DNA of 64,000 nt from Escherichia phage vB_EcoM_112, in the sequence record NC_024125.2; one strand, given 5' to 3'. Positions 13,822-24,725 of this stretch are shown piece by piece. Made by a program: the position numbers and the translations under genes. The stretch's first letter is position 1. Every line of letters begins with the position of its first letter. The notes below the pieces were generated by a model. That model saw nothing but the letters and a program-made list of their open reading frames with translations. It did no database searches and was not told where the DNA came from.

Positions 13822-14502
13822 TTATTTTAATGTTACGAAAGAAGAATTGCGTGTTTCACGAATTAAAACTGATCCATCACGATTAATGTAATAAATTAAG
13901 CTAAATAAAGTTTGGTGTGCTGACGCATGTTCAAAACTAGTTGGGTGAGATTTCCAATCCGGAGTTTCAGCAATCCATTGATAAATCCACCAAGGAACAG
14001 TACAGAATCCTGGATTTTTTCCAATCAGCTGAAGATTCGGACTAAAGTTTTCCGGAAGAGTAAATACAGACGGCTTTTCAGATTCAACAATCTCAGCTAC
14101 AGCCTGTTCGAATTTTTCTTCAACAAAAGGAGTATCTTCAATCAAAACTGAGGTATTTTCAGGAATTTTATCCGTTTCTACTACTTCAATTTTAATGTCA
14201 GATTTAACCGGAGAATCAATCAGAAGTGCTGCTTCTGGATTGACTTCTTCATCGTCATATTTTAATCCCTCTGCGGCATCAGCAGCATCAATTAGGTCTT
14301 TAATAGATAACCCATCAGTCTCAGGCATAGGTTCACTAGCGAGCTTCTGGAGGGCTTCTTCAATATCAATAACGATATTATCAAAAGATTTATTCTTTTT
14401 GACCTTTATACCAAACTGTTCAGCATATTCAGCTAATTTAGCCTTAGCTTCTTTATTATCATCAAGAGCCTTCAGCTCTGCAATATAATCTTTATCTATC
14501 AT
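13822..14502 (-). CDS. inh: Inhibitor of prohead protease Inh
   Basis: 226-aa ORF adjacent to hoc, as in T4. Confidence 0.85.
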   Translation of the reverse strand: MIDKDYIAELKALDDNKEAKAKLAEYAEQFGIKVKKNKSFDNIVIDIEEALQKLASEPMPETDGLSIKDLIDAADAAEGLKYDDEEVNPEAALLIDSPVKSDIKIEVVETDKIPENTSVLIEDTPFVEEKFEQAVAEIVESEKPSVFTLPENFSPNLQLIGKNPGFCTVPWWIYQWIAETPDWKSHPTSFEHASAHQTLFSLIYYINRDGSVLIRETRNSSFVTLK

Positions 14503-14515
14503 AATATTTCCTCAG

Positions 14516-14523
14516 TATAAATA
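14516..14523 (+). promoter_or_regulatory. T4-type late promoter (TATAAATA) upstream of uvsW
   Basis: Exact TATAAATA 30 nt upstream of uvsW ATG. Confidence 0.5.
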
Positions 14524-14552
14524 TAGATATATTTATTACATGGTATTTAGAC

Positions 14553-16064
14553 ATGACTGACATTAAAGTACATTTTTATGATTTTAGTCACGTGAGAATT
14601 GATTGTGAAGAAAGTACATTTCATGAACTCCGTGATTTCTTTAGCTTTGAAGCTGACGGGTATCGTTTTAATCCGAAATACAAATATGGCCACTGGGATG
14701 GACGAATCCGTCTTTTAGATTATAATCGTCTTCTTCCATTTGGCTTAGTCGGGCAAATTAAAAAGTTCTGTGATAACTTTGGCTATAAAGCCTGGATTGA
14801 CCCGCAAATTAATGAAAAAGAAGAATTATCAAGAAAAGATTTTGATGAATGGCTTTCTAAATTAGAAATCTATTCAGGAAATAAAAGAATTGAACCACAC
14901 TGGTATCAAAAAGATGCAGTGTTCGAAGGATTAGTTAATCGTCGTAGAATTCTTAATCTTCCAACATCCGCTGGTAAATCGTTAATTCAAGCTTTGCTTG
15001 CGCGATATTATTTGGAAAATTATGAAGGTAAAATTCTTATCATTGTTCCAACAACTGCTCTGACAACTCAGATGGCTGATGACTTTGTTGACTATCGTTT
15101 ATTCAGTCATGCAATGATAAAGAAAATTGGTGGCGGAGCATCAAAAGATGATAAATATAAAAATGATGCACCAGTCGTTGTTGGTACATGGCAAACTGTA
15201 GTTAAACAACCAAAAGAATGGTTCTCACAGTTTGGAATGATGATGAATGATGAATGCCATCTTGCTACAGGAAAAAGTATTTCATCTATCATATCAGGTT
15301 TAAATAACTGTATGTTTAAATTTGGTCTATCAGGTTCATTACGTGATGGCAAAGCTAATATCATGCAGTATGTTGGAATGTTTGGTGAAATATTTAAGCC
15401 AGTAACGACTTCTAAGTTAATGGAAGATGGGCAAGTAACTGAGTTAAAAATTAATAGTATTTTTCTTCGCTATCCCGATGAGTTCACTACTAAATTAAAG
15501 GGAAAAACTTACCAAGAAGAAATAAAAATTATTACTGGGCTCAGTAAAAGAAATAAATGGATCGCTAAATTAGCTATTAAGCTTGCACAAAAAGATGAAA
15601 ACGCTTTTGTCATGTTTAAACATGTATCACATGGTAAAGCTATTTTCGATTTAATTAAAAATGAATACGATAAAGTTTATTACGTATCAGGGGAAGTTGA
15701 TACCGAAACCCGCAATATAATGAAAACCTTAGCTGAAAATGGTAAAGGAATAATTATAGTAGCAAGTTATGGTGTATTTTCTACTGGTATTTCAGTTAAA
15801 AATCTGCATCATGTTGTTTTAGCGCACGGTGTTAAATCAAAAATCATTGTATTACAAACAATCGGTCGTGTATTACGTAAGCATGGTTCTAAGACAATAG
15901 CAACTGTCTGGGACCTCATAGATGATTGTGGTGTTAAGCCAAAATCTGCTAATACGAAAAAGAAATATGTTCATTTGAACTATCTTTTAAAACACGGCAT
16001 TGATCGTATTCAGCGCTACGCAGATGAAAAATTTAATTACGTAATGAAAACAGTTAATTTATAA
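14553..16064 (+). CDS. uvsW: DNA helicase UvsW (superfamily 2)
   Basis: 503-aa ORF; helicase motifs (PTSAGKS Walker A, DECH box); size as T4 UvsW. Confidence 0.93.
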   Translation: MTDIKVHFYDFSHVRIDCEESTFHELRDFFSFEADGYRFNPKYKYGHWDGRIRLLDYNRLLPFGLVGQIKKFCDNFGYKAWIDPQINEKEELSRKDFDEWLSKLEIYSGNKRIEPHWYQKDAVFEGLVNRRRILNLPTSAGKSLIQALLARYYLENYEGKILIIVPTTALTTQMADDFVDYRLFSHAMIKKIGGGASKDDKYKNDAPVVVGTWQTVVKQPKEWFSQFGMMMNDECHLATGKSISSIISGLNNCMFKFGLSGSLRDGKANIMQYVGMFGEIFKPVTTSKLMEDGQVTELKINSIFLRYPDEFTTKLKGKTYQEEIKIITGLSKRNKWIAKLAIKLAQKDENAFVMFKHVSHGKAIFDLIKNEYDKVYYVSGEVDTETRNIMKTLAENGKGIIIVASYGVFSTGISVKNLHHVVLAHGVKSKIIVLQTIGRVLRKHGSKTIATVWDLIDDCGVKPKSANTKKKYVHLNYLLKHGIDRIQRYADEKFNYVMKTVNL

Positions 16065-16076
16065 GGGCTTCGGCCC
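16065..16076 (+). other. UUCG-tetraloop hairpin between uvsW and uvsW.1
   Basis: GGGC-UUCG-GCCC immediately after uvsW stop, 13 nt before the uvsW.1 ATG. Confidence 0.4.
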
Positions 16077-16089
16077 TTTGGAGAAAAAG

Positions 16090-16320
16090 ATGTTACTAGA
16101 ATTTAAACAATTTCTTTATGAAGCTTCTATTGATGAATTTATGGGTAAAATTGCCTCCTGTCAAACATTAGAAGGTTTAGAAGAACTTGAAGCTTATTAT
16201 AAGAAAAGAGTTAAAGAAACTGAATTAAAAGATACTGATGACATCTCAGTCAGAGATGCTTTGGCAGGAAAAAGAGCTGAATTAGAAGATTCAGACGATG
16301 AAGTAGAAGAAAGCTTTTAA
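16090..16320 (+). CDS. uvsW.1: UvsW.1 small acidic protein
   Basis: ORF-track start 16078 is TTG inside the hairpin; ATG at 16090 with GGAG SD gives 76 aa. Confidence 0.8.
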   Translation: MLLEFKQFLYEASIDEFMGKIASCQTLEGLEELEAYYKKRVKETELKDTDDISVRDALAGKRAELEDSDDEVEESF

Positions 16321-16375
16321 ATTAAAAAAGGCCCAACCAAAAAGGAAGGGCCAAAACTATAGACTAAAGGTCACA

Positions 16376-16543
16376 CTATAGCAAAAGTTGTGTTTCATTT
16401 AATTGTTCTTCCGAACTTTCTGAAACTGGTAGTTCTTTAATGTAATTATAGCAAGGCCCAGGATGCACAGGACCTTTGTCTGTTTCAACAACCAATGCAG
16501 AATCGATTGGAGTTTTACAGACAACACAAATCTTATCTGACAT
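16376..16543 (-). CDS. Small zinc-ribbon-like protein (T4 uvsY.-2 position), below the ORF-track length cutoff
   Basis: 55-aa ORF MSDKICVVCKTPIDSALVVETDKGPVHPGPCYNY... with CxxC...PxxC; ATG start; fills the gap between uvsW.1 and the next minus-strand ORF. Confidence 0.5.
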   Translation of the reverse strand: MSDKICVVCKTPIDSALVVETDKGPVHPGPCYNYIKELPVSESSEEQLNETQLLL

Positions 16544-16568
16544 GATTGTCTCCTCTGAATTATATATC

Positions 16569-16576
16569 TATTTATA
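16569..16576 (-). promoter_or_regulatory. T4-type late promoter (TATAAATA on minus strand) upstream of the 55-aa ORF/uvsY operon
   Basis: Plus-strand TATTTATA about 26 nt upstream of the 55-aa ORF start. Confidence 0.45.
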
Positions 16577-16666
16577 ACCCCATCTTAAAACGCATTTCTT
16601 GTACACGCTTTAAACATGCTTCCATTTCTGCTAAAAGTCTAAATACTTCTTTATAATTTGTCATAT

Positions 16667-16894
16667 TTACCCCATATCTCTCATATGCATATCAATGCCC
16701 ATATCTTTAGAATAAAAATATTCATCAAGATATCCGGCAAATTTTCCTTTAATATAAAGGACATCTTCACCACACGGGTGGTCGGCCAGGATACGAATAT
16801 CCTGACGCTTAAGATTATGCTTTTTCATTAAGAATTGAATTTCCGTTTCAAATTCTTCTTCATAATTAAAAGCATCATCAATGCTATATCTCAT
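16667..16894 (-). CDS. Hypothetical protein (T4 uvsY.-1 position)
   Basis: 75-aa ORF with ATG start immediately downstream of uvsY. Confidence 0.7.
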   Translation of the reverse strand: MRYSIDDAFNYEEEFETEIQFLMKKHNLKRQDIRILADHPCGEDVLYIKGKFAGYLDEYFYSKDMGIDMHMRDMG

Positions 16895-17307
16895 TATTTT
16901 CCAGCCTCAAATGCCCGCATGTCTTGAATATGCTTAATAGCAAATCCGCGTGATTTAATAGCATCAAGAGCTCCGCTACAGAAATCTAATAAAATCCCCC
17001 AATACTGTAACGAGGTATCAACCTTTAAAACATCCTTATCAGCTGATAGAACTGTCTTCATTTCTGATTTCTCGTAACGATCCATACTAAATTCATCACC
17101 ATCTCCTCGTCCCGAGTAGTAGTCTAATTTAGCTTTAAGAGCAACTTTTTTCTGTGCTTCAATTCTAAGCATTTCCTTTTTAATACTTGAATGCTTATTA
17201 AGCCATTTACTATATAACATCACATTATTAGCTGCTTCATACTGTAATTTAGTCGAATCTATAAACACATCTTTCTTCAATTCTTCTTGAAGATCTTCTA
17301 ATCTCAT
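16894..17307 (-). CDS. uvsY: Recombination mediator protein UvsY
   Basis: 137-aa ORF MRLEDLQEELKKDVFIDSTKLQYEAANN...; matches T4 UvsY. Confidence 0.93.
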   Translation of the reverse strand: MRLEDLQEELKKDVFIDSTKLQYEAANNVMLYSKWLNKHSSIKKEMLRIEAQKKVALKAKLDYYSGRGDGDEFSMDRYEKSEMKTVLSADKDVLKVDTSLQYWGILLDFCSGALDAIKSRGFAIKHIQDMRAFEAGK

Positions 17308-17347
17308 ATTGTTCTCTATTCAATTGTTATTGGATGGACTTAGATTC

Positions 17348-17375
17348 ATTATACCACGTTTATACGTGAAGCATT
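17348..17375 (-). promoter_or_regulatory. MotA-dependent middle promoter upstream of uvsY
   Basis: Minus strand reads AATGCTTCA (MotA box) - 13 nt - TATAAT, ending about 40 nt upstream of uvsY ATG. Confidence 0.55.
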
Positions 17376-17772
17376 ATACTCTATTACTGGAAGCCAATTG
17401 CAGTTTTATCTGTTCAATGTCATCGGGGTTATCAATGACTGAAAAGCGTATTTCTACTATAAGAGTATAATCATCATAAACGGGTATCACATTAACTGCT
17501 AATTTATCAATACGTGGCTCATAGTTTCTTACTGCGCTTTCGATATTGCGCTCAACTGTGTCAGCAGTAAGAGGAGTCATATTTTCAAAAAGCTGGTCGG
17601 ACAAATCGCATCCAAATTCAGGGTCAAACGGTCTTGAACCTTTTCTTGTTGTAATAATTCCCAAAAGACTGTTTTTAATTGACCTTAATCCAAGTGATCT
17701 GGAAACGTCTTTGTTCCAATCCATTTTCATTTCCGGGTCAATGTCAGAATAAAGCTTATTAATATTTGCCAT
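17374..17772 (-). CDS. 25: Baseplate wedge protein gp25
   Basis: 132-aa ORF; size and sequence as T4 gp25. Confidence 0.92.
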   Translation of the reverse strand: MANINKLYSDIDPEMKMDWNKDVSRSLGLRSIKNSLLGIITTRKGSRPFDPEFGCDLSDQLFENMTPLTADTVERNIESAVRNYEPRIDKLAVNVIPVYDDYTLIVEIRFSVIDNPDDIEQIKLQLASSNRV

Positions 17773-18398
17773 TATAGTAACTCAAAGAACTCTTTGAGGC
17801 CTCTTATTACATGAGCATGGGTTTTTCCACACTCTGGACACTTAATTGGAACAGCCAAATAAACGGTAGGCTTTAAAAGCATATCTTTTATAGCTACAAT
17901 ATCTGACTCTGTGATGATAGAATATAAATCTTCTAGTTCCTTTTCATTTAAGTCTTCAACTGGAATGCTTTCCCCGTTAGCATGAATCGTTTCTATGCAT
18001 GATACTATCATGTGGGCTATATTTTTATCATCAAAAATTTTAGGGTATCGGAATTTAATTTTAATGTCACCCAGTGTATACCAGAGGTCTTCTGGTGCAT
18101 CTATTTGTGCATGTAATAGATTTATATGGGTTGGTATTTCAGTTCCACAGGTGCACTTCCAGGAGTTTTCGTGATTAACTTCGCCGAGAGAATGTGCCCA
18201 TAAATGAATCAGCAGTAGTTCTGATTCTTGGCGGTTTAAATCTTTTGCATTTGTGCAGTCTTTGATTAGCTTTTTAACAATTGCTTCTACAGAACCATTA
18301 TTTTTGGCAGTAATAAGTTCTAGATATTCTTTAAGCGTGAATGCGCGACAATTGATTATTTTAGAACCAACTCTCACATCAAATTTGTATTCATACAT
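17772..18398 (-). CDS. 26: Baseplate hub protein gp26
   Basis: 208-aa ORF, stop overlaps gp25 start; as T4 gp26. Confidence 0.9.
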   Translation of the reverse strand: MYEYKFDVRVGSKIINCRAFTLKEYLELITAKNNGSVEAIVKKLIKDCTNAKDLNRQESELLLIHLWAHSLGEVNHENSWKCTCGTEIPTHINLLHAQIDAPEDLWYTLGDIKIKFRYPKIFDDKNIAHMIVSCIETIHANGESIPVEDLNEKELEDLYSIITESDIVAIKDMLLKPTVYLAVPIKCPECGKTHAHVIRGLKEFFELL

Positions 18399-18419
18399 AT
18401 TTAGCTCCTTTATTTATCA

Positions 18420-18431
18420 TATTTATAAATA
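18420..18431. promoter_or_regulatory. Overlapping divergent late promoters (palindromic TATTTATAAATA) between genes 26 and 51
   Basis: TATAAATA readable on both strands, about 20 nt from each start codon. Confidence 0.55.
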
Positions 18432-18448
18432 GAATAAAAGGAGCATCT

Positions 18449-19198
18449 ATGGCAAACATTATTCGTTGTAAATTACCAGATGGTGTTCATCGTTTTAAAC
18501 CATTTACGGTAGAAGATTATCGAGATTTTTTGTTAGTTCGAAACGATATAGAACATCGGTCACCACAAGAACAAAAAGAAATAATTACTGATTTAATTGA
18601 TGATTATTTTGGAGACTATCCGAAGACTTGGCAACCATTTATATTTTTGCAGGTATTTGTAGGGTCGATAGGTAAAACTAAAGTACCAGTCACATTCGTA
18701 TGTCCAAAATGTAAAAAAGAAAAGACAGTTCCATTTGAAATATACCAAAAAGAATTAAAGGAACCTGTTTTTGATGTAGCTAATGTTAAAATTAAATTAA
18801 AGTTTCCTTCTGAGTTTTATGAAAATAAAGCAAAGATGATTACTGAAAATATTCATTCTGTTCAAGTAGATGAAATTTGGTATGATTGGAAGGAAATTAG
18901 CGAGTCTAGTCAAATAGAACTCGTTGACGCCATCGAGATAGAAACATTAGAACAAATTCTCGATGCAATGAATCCTATTAATTTAACTCTACATATGTCA
19001 TGCTGTAATAAGTACATTAAAAAATACACTGATATAGTAGACGTGTTTAAGCTATTAGTTAACCCAGATGAGATATTTACTTTTTATCAAATTAATCACA
19101 CACTCGTAAAAAGTAATTATAGCTTAAATTCAATAATGAAAATGATTCCTGCTGAGCGCGGATTCGTATTAAAACTGATTGAGAAGGATAAACAATAA
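18449..19198 (+). CDS. 51: Baseplate hub assembly protein gp51
   Basis: 249-aa ORF with AAAGGAG SD; position and size as T4 gp51. Confidence 0.9.
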   Translation: MANIIRCKLPDGVHRFKPFTVEDYRDFLLVRNDIEHRSPQEQKEIITDLIDDYFGDYPKTWQPFIFLQVFVGSIGKTKVPVTFVCPKCKKEKTVPFEIYQKELKEPVFDVANVKIKLKFPSEFYENKAKMITENIHSVQVDEIWYDWKEISESSQIELVDAIEIETLEQILDAMNPINLTLHMSCCNKYIKKYTDIVDVFKLLVNPDEIFTFYQINHTLVKSNYSLNSIMKMIPAERGFVLKLIEKDKQ

Positions 19199-20373
19199 TG
19201 AGTATGTTGCAACGCCCCGGATATCCAAATCTCAGCGTTAAATTATTTGATAGCTACGACGCTTGGAGTAATAATAGATTTGTTGAATTAGCTGCTACTA
19301 TTACCACATTAACTATGCGGGATTCTCTTTATGGACGAAATGAAGGAATGCTGCAGTTTTATGATTCTAAAAATATCCACACAAAAATGGATGGAAATGA
19401 AATAATTCAAATTTCTGTAGCTAATGCAAACGATATTAATAATGTTAAAACACGAATTTATGGATGCAAGCATTTTTCCGTGTCAGTAGATTCAAAAGGT
19501 GATAACATCATTGCTATTGAATTGGGAACTATTCATTCTATAGAAAATCTTAAATTTGGTAGACCATTTTTCCCTGATGCAGGTGAATCTATAAAAGAAA
19601 TGCTTGGTGTCATTTATCAAGACCGCACATTATTAACTCCAGCAATAAATGCTATAAATGCTTATGTTCCTGATATTCCATGGACTAGTACATTTGAAAA
19701 TTATTTGTCCTATGTAAGAGAAGTTGCTCTAGCTGTAGGAAGTGACAAATTTGTATTTGTGTGGCAAGACATCATGGGAGTTAACATGATGGACTATGAT
19801 ATGATGATAAATCAAGAACCATATCCAATGATTGTCGGCGAGCCATCTTTAATAGGTCAATTCATCCAAGAATTAAAATATCCATTAGCATATGATTTCG
19901 TTTGGTTGACTAAATCGAATCCTCACAAACGTGACCCAATGAAAAACGCTACTATCTATGCGCATTCGTTTTTGGATTCTTCATTGCCAATGATTACTAC
20001 AGGAAAGGGCGAAAACTCTATTGTAGTGTCAAGGTCAGGTGCTTATTCTGAAATGACTTATAGGAATGGATATGAAGAAGCTATTCGTCTTCAAACTATG
20101 GCGCAATACGATGGCTATGCTAAATGTTCTACTGTCGGTAATTTTAACTTGACTCCTGGCGTTAAAATTATTTTTAATGATAGTAAAAATCAATTTAAAA
20201 CCGAATTTTACGTTGATGAAGTTATCCATGAATTATCAAATAATAATTCCGTAACTCATCTATATATGTTCACTAATGCAACGAAACTGGAAACAATAGA
20301 CCCAGTTAAGGTTAAAAATGAATTTAAATCTGATACTACCACTGAAGAAAGTAGTTCTTCCAATAAGCAATAA
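19198..20373 (+). CDS. 27: Baseplate hub protein gp27
   Basis: 391-aa ORF; matches T4 gp27. Confidence 0.93.
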   Translation: MSMLQRPGYPNLSVKLFDSYDAWSNNRFVELAATITTLTMRDSLYGRNEGMLQFYDSKNIHTKMDGNEIIQISVANANDINNVKTRIYGCKHFSVSVDSKGDNIIAIELGTIHSIENLKFGRPFFPDAGESIKEMLGVIYQDRTLLTPAINAINAYVPDIPWTSTFENYLSYVREVALAVGSDKFVFVWQDIMGVNMMDYDMMINQEPYPMIVGEPSLIGQFIQELKYPLAYDFVWLTKSNPHKRDPMKNATIYAHSFLDSSLPMITTGKGENSIVVSRSGAYSEMTYRNGYEEAIRLQTMAQYDGYAKCSTVGNFNLTPGVKIIFNDSKNQFKTEFYVDEVIHELSNNNSVTHLYMFTNATKLETIDPVKVKNEFKSDTTTEESSSSNKQ

Positions 20374-20851
20374 AGAAGTTTCTATTCCTAAAATGGGTCT
20401 TAAACACTATAACATTTTAAAAGATGTTAAAGGTCCTGATGAAAATTTAAAACTTCTTATTGATTCTATTTGTCCGAATTTATCACCGGCAGAAGTTGAT
20501 TTCGTTTCTATTCATCTATTGGAATTTAATGGAAAGATTAAATCTCGTAAAGAAATAGATGGTTATACTTATGACATTAATGATGTTTATGTATGCCAAA
20601 GATTGGAATTTCAATACCAAGGAAATACATTTTATTTTAGACCTCCTGGAAAATTTGAACAATTTTTAACTGTAAGCGATATGTTATCCAAATGCTTGCT
20701 TAAGGTCAATGATGAAGTTAAAGAAATTAATTTTCTTGAGATGCCAGCATTCGTTTTAAAATGGGCAAATGATATTTTTACAACTTTAGCAATTCCTGGC
20801 CCTAATGGTCCAATAACTGGAATTGGCAATATTATTGGATTATTTGAATGA
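20318..20851 (+). CDS. 28: Baseplate hub distal protein gp28
   Basis: 177-aa ORF overlapping the gp27 3' end, as in T4. Confidence 0.9.
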   Translation: MNLNLILPLKKVVLPISNKEVSIPKMGLKHYNILKDVKGPDENLKLLIDSICPNLSPAEVDFVSIHLLEFNGKIKSRKEIDGYTYDINDVYVCQRLEFQYQGNTFYFRPPGKFEQFLTVSDMLSKCLLKVNDEVKEINFLEMPAFVLKWANDIFTTLAIPGPNGPITGIGNIIGLFE

Positions 20852-22620
20852 AAAAGCCACAAGAAATGCAAACGATGCGTAGAAAAGTTATTTCAGATAA
20901 TAAACCAACACAGGAAGCGGCTAAATCCGCTTCCAATACTTTATCTGGACTTAATGATATATCTACGAAATTGGATGATGCTCAAGCTGCTTCTGAATTA
21001 ATAGCTCAAACTGTCGAAGAAAAATCGAATGAAATAGTTGGAGCAATTGGTAACGTAGAAAGCGCAGTGAGTGATACTACTGCCGGTTCTGAGTTAATTG
21101 CTGAAACTGTCGAAATTGGCAACAATATTAATAAAGAAATCGGTGAATCACTCGGAAGCAAATTAGATAAATTAACAAGTTTACTAGAGCAAAAAATTCA
21201 GACAGCTGGAATTCAACAGACTGGAACTAGTTTAGCCACGGTTGAAAGCGCTATTCCTGTTAAAGTTGTTGAGGATGATACTGCTGAATCTGTGGGTCCT
21301 TTATTACCGGCTCCCGAAGCAGTTAATAATGATCCTGATGCTGATTTTTTCCCGACTCCTCAGCCAGTTGAACCCAAACAAGAATCGCCAGAAGAAAAAC
21401 AGAAAAAAGAAGCATTTAACTTAAAATTATCTCAAGCTTTAGATAAATTAACAAAGACTGTTGATTTTGGATTTAAGAAATCCATTTCAATTAGTGATAA
21501 AATATCAAGCATGTTATTTAAGTACACCATAAGTGCTGCTATTGAAGCTGCTAAAATGACTGCAATGATATTGGCTGTTGTTGTTGGAATAGACCTGTTG
21601 ATGGTTCATTTTAAATACTGGTCAGATAAATTTTCAAAAGCCTGGGATTTATTTAATACTGACTTTACTAAATTCTCTAGCGAAACCGGAACATGGGGTC
21701 CTTTATTACAGAGCATCTTTAGTTCTATTGATAAAATTCAACAATTTTGGGAAAAGGGAGATTGGGGCGGATTGACGGCAGCTATCATAGAAGGACTCGG
21801 AAGTGTTCTTTTTAATTTAGGAGAGCTTATTCAATTAGGTATGGCTAAATTATCTGCTGCAATTCTTCGAGTCATTCCTGGCATGAAAGACACTGCTGAT
21901 GAAGTAGAAGGAAGAGCACTGGAAAATTTCCAAAATACTACTGGAGCATCTCTCAATAAAGAAGACCAGGAAAAAGTTGCAAATTATCAGTACAAAAGAA
22001 TGAATGGAGACCTTGGTCCGATAGCAAAAGGATTAGACAAAATTGCGAACTGGAAAACTCGTGCATCTAACTGGATTCGTGGTGTAGATAATAAAGAAGC
22101 ACTAACATCTGATGAAGAGAGAGCAGAGGAAGAAGAAAAATTAAAGCAGCTTTCTCCAGAGGAAGCTAAAATTGCTTTAATGAAAGCTAATGAAGCTCGT
22201 GCTGCTATGAATCGTTTTGAAAAATATGCTGATTCAGCTGATATGAGTAAAGACTCAACGGTTAAATCTGTTGAATCTGCCTATGAAGACCTTAAAAAAC
22301 GGATGGATGACCCGGATTTAAACAATTCACCGGCAGTTAAAAAAGAACTTGCTGCTAGATTTTCTAAAATTGATGCTACTTATCAAGAGCTCAAGAAAAA
22401 TCAGCCTAATGCCAAACCTGAAACTTCTGCTAAATCGCCAGAAGCGAAACAGGTCCAGGTTATTGAAAAGAACAAAGCACAGCAAGCTCCTGTTCAGCAA
22501 GCATCTCCTTCAATCAATAATACTAATAATGTTATTAAGAAAAATACTGTCGTTCATAATATGACACCTGTCACAAGCACAACTGCTCCTGGTGTATTTG
22601 ATGCGACTGGAGTTAATTAA
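20848..22620 (+). CDS. 29: Baseplate hub/tail length determinator gp29
   Basis: 590-aa ORF, coiled-coil and Ala/Ser-rich; as T4 gp29. Confidence 0.92.
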   Translation: MKKPQEMQTMRRKVISDNKPTQEAAKSASNTLSGLNDISTKLDDAQAASELIAQTVEEKSNEIVGAIGNVESAVSDTTAGSELIAETVEIGNNINKEIGESLGSKLDKLTSLLEQKIQTAGIQQTGTSLATVESAIPVKVVEDDTAESVGPLLPAPEAVNNDPDADFFPTPQPVEPKQESPEEKQKKEAFNLKLSQALDKLTKTVDFGFKKSISISDKISSMLFKYTISAAIEAAKMTAMILAVVVGIDLLMVHFKYWSDKFSKAWDLFNTDFTKFSSETGTWGPLLQSIFSSIDKIQQFWEKGDWGGLTAAIIEGLGSVLFNLGELIQLGMAKLSAAILRVIPGMKDTADEVEGRALENFQNTTGASLNKEDQEKVANYQYKRMNGDLGPIAKGLDKIANWKTRASNWIRGVDNKEALTSDEERAEEEEKLKQLSPEEAKIALMKANEARAAMNRFEKYADSADMSKDSTVKSVESAYEDLKKRMDDPDLNNSPAVKKELAARFSKIDATYQELKKNQPNAKPETSAKSPEAKQVQVIEKNKAQQAPVQQASPSINNTNNVIKKNTVVHNMTPVTSTTAPGVFDATGVN

Positions 22621-22628
22621 GGAATAAT

Positions 22629-23723
22629 ATGGCAATTGTTAAAGAAATAACTGCTGATTTAATTAAAAAGTCCGGTGAGAAAATTTCAGCCGGACAGAGT
22701 ACTAAATCAGAAGTAGGAACTAAAACATACACAGCCCAGTTTCCAACTGGGCGTGCTAGTGGTAATGACACTACAGGGGACTTCCAGGTAACAGATCTAT
22801 ATAAGAATGGATTATTATTTACTGCATACAATATGTCATCTAGGGATTCTGGAAGTCTTAGATCGATGAGATCTAACTACTCTTCTTCATCTTCGAGTAT
22901 TTTACGTACAGCCAGAAACACTATCAGTAATACAGTATCAAAACTATCAAATGGATTAATATCAAATAATAATTCAGGAACAATAAGTAAAGCTCCTATC
23001 GCAAACATTCTTTTACCGAGATCTAAATCTGATGTTGATACATCATCACATAGATTTAATGATGTTCAAGAAAGCCTTATCAGTAGAGGCGGAGGTACTG
23101 CTACTGGAGTGCTAAGTAATATTGCTTCAACCGCAGTATTTGGGGCACTGGAAAGTATAACACAAGGTATAATGGCTGATAATAATGAACAGATTTATAC
23201 GACAGCCAGAAGTATGTATGGTGGTGCTGAAAATAGAACTAAAGTGTTTACTTGGGATTTGACTCCACGTTCAACAGAAGATTTAATGGCTATTATTAAT
23301 ATCTATCAATATTTTAACTATTTTTCTTATGGTGAAACTGGTAAATCTCAATATGCTGCTGAAATAAAGGGGTATTTAGATGATTGGTATCGTTCTACGT
23401 TAATTGAACCTTTATCTCCGGAAGACGCAGCTAAAAATAAAACACTATTTGAGAAAATGACATCGAGTTTAACTAACGTTCTAGTAGTTTCAAACCCGAC
23501 AGTTTGGATGGTGAAAAACTTTGGTGCAACATCTAAGTTTGATGGAAAAACGGAAATATTTGGTCCATGCCAAATACAGAGCATTAGATTTGATAAAACA
23601 CCTAATGGTAACTTTAACGGATTAGCTATTGCTCCAAACCTCCCTAGTACATTTACTCTCGAGATTACTATGAGAGAAATTATCACGTTAAACCGTGCTT
23701 CTTTATATGCGGGGACTTTTTAA
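22629..23723 (+). CDS. 48: Baseplate-tail tube junction protein gp48
   Basis: 364-aa ORF; as T4 gp48. Confidence 0.92.
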   Translation: MAIVKEITADLIKKSGEKISAGQSTKSEVGTKTYTAQFPTGRASGNDTTGDFQVTDLYKNGLLFTAYNMSSRDSGSLRSMRSNYSSSSSSILRTARNTISNTVSKLSNGLISNNNSGTISKAPIANILLPRSKSDVDTSSHRFNDVQESLISRGGGTATGVLSNIASTAVFGALESITQGIMADNNEQIYTTARSMYGGAENRTKVFTWDLTPRSTEDLMAIINIYQYFNYFSYGETGKSQYAAEIKGYLDDWYRSTLIEPLSPEDAAKNKTLFEKMTSSLTNVLVVSNPTVWMVKNFGATSKFDGKTEIFGPCQIQSIRFDKTPNGNFNGLAIAPNLPSTFTLEITMREIITLNRASLYAGTF

Positions 23724-24646
23724 TGTATTCTTTAGAGGAATTTAATAATCAAGCAATAAACGCAGATTTCCAACGTAATAATATGTTTAGCTGCGTTTTT
23801 GCGACAACTCCATCAACTAAAAGCTCTTCGTTGATAAGTTCAATTAGCAACTTTTCTTATAATAACTTGGGCCTAAATTCAGATTGGTTAGGATTGACTC
23901 AAGGTGATATTAATCAGGGAATTACCACGCTAATTACTGCTGGCACACAAAAACTGATAAGAAAATCAGGGGTTAGTAAATATCTTATTGGTGCCATGAG
24001 TCAACGTACAGTTCAAAGTTTATTAGGCTCATTTACAGTTGGTACATATTTAATTGACTTCTTTAACATGGCATATAACTCATCTGGATTGATGATATAC
24101 TCTGTAAAAATGCCAGAGAATAGATTATCCTATGAAACTGACTGGAACTATAATTCTCCTAATATTCGTATAACTGGGAGAGAATTAGACCCTTTGGTTA
24201 TTTCATTTAGAATGGATTCAGAAGCTTGTAACTATCGTGCAATGCAAGACTGGGTTAACTCCGTTCAAGACCCAGTAACTGGACTGCGTGCTTTGCCACA
24301 GGATGTCGAGGCAGATATTCAGGTTAATCTTCATTCTCGTAATGGATTGCCTCATACTGCGGTGATGTTCACTGGATGCATTCCAATATCAGTGAGCGCT
24401 CCTGAGTTATCATATGATGGAGATAACCAAATAACTACATTTGATGTTACTTTTGCGTATAGAGTGATGCAGGCTGGAGCAGTTGATAGGCAAGCTGCGC
24501 TTGAATGGCTTGAATCTGCTGCTATAAATGGTATTCAAAGCGTTCTCGGAAATAGTGGAGGTGTTACTGAACTATCTAATTCGCTTTCACGACTCAGTAG
24601 ATTAGGTGGAACTGCAGGAAGCATTTCAAATATTAGTATACTATGA
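23723..24646 (+). CDS. 54: Baseplate-tail tube initiator gp54
   Basis: 307-aa ORF directly after gp48; paralogous to gp48/gp19 family by position. Confidence 0.88.
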   Translation: MYSLEEFNNQAINADFQRNNMFSCVFATTPSTKSSSLISSISNFSYNNLGLNSDWLGLTQGDINQGITTLITAGTQKLIRKSGVSKYLIGAMSQRTVQSLLGSFTVGTYLIDFFNMAYNSSGLMIYSVKMPENRLSYETDWNYNSPNIRITGRELDPLVISFRMDSEACNYRAMQDWVNSVQDPVTGLRALPQDVEADIQVNLHSRNGLPHTAVMFTGCIPISVSAPELSYDGDNQITTFDVTFAYRVMQAGAVDRQAALEWLESAAINGIQSVLGNSGGVTELSNSLSRLSRLGGTAGSISNISIL

Positions 24647-24694
24647 CAGGGATTGTCAATTCGCAGAGTAAAATATTAGGAGCAATATAACAAC

Positions 24695-24725
24695 GGGGAC
24701 CTTTCGGTCCCCATATTTTTATTTG
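24695..24725 (+). terminator. Rho-independent terminator after gene 54
   Basis: GGGGACC-UUUC-GGUCCCC hairpin followed by AUAUUUUUAUUU. Confidence 0.6.

Noticed and set aside
21242-22564. Two lysine-rich alternate-frame ORFs inside gene 29 (21242..21424 and 22349..22564)
   Set aside because: Both are out-of-frame readings of the gp29 coding sequence, low complexity, with no independent start signals.
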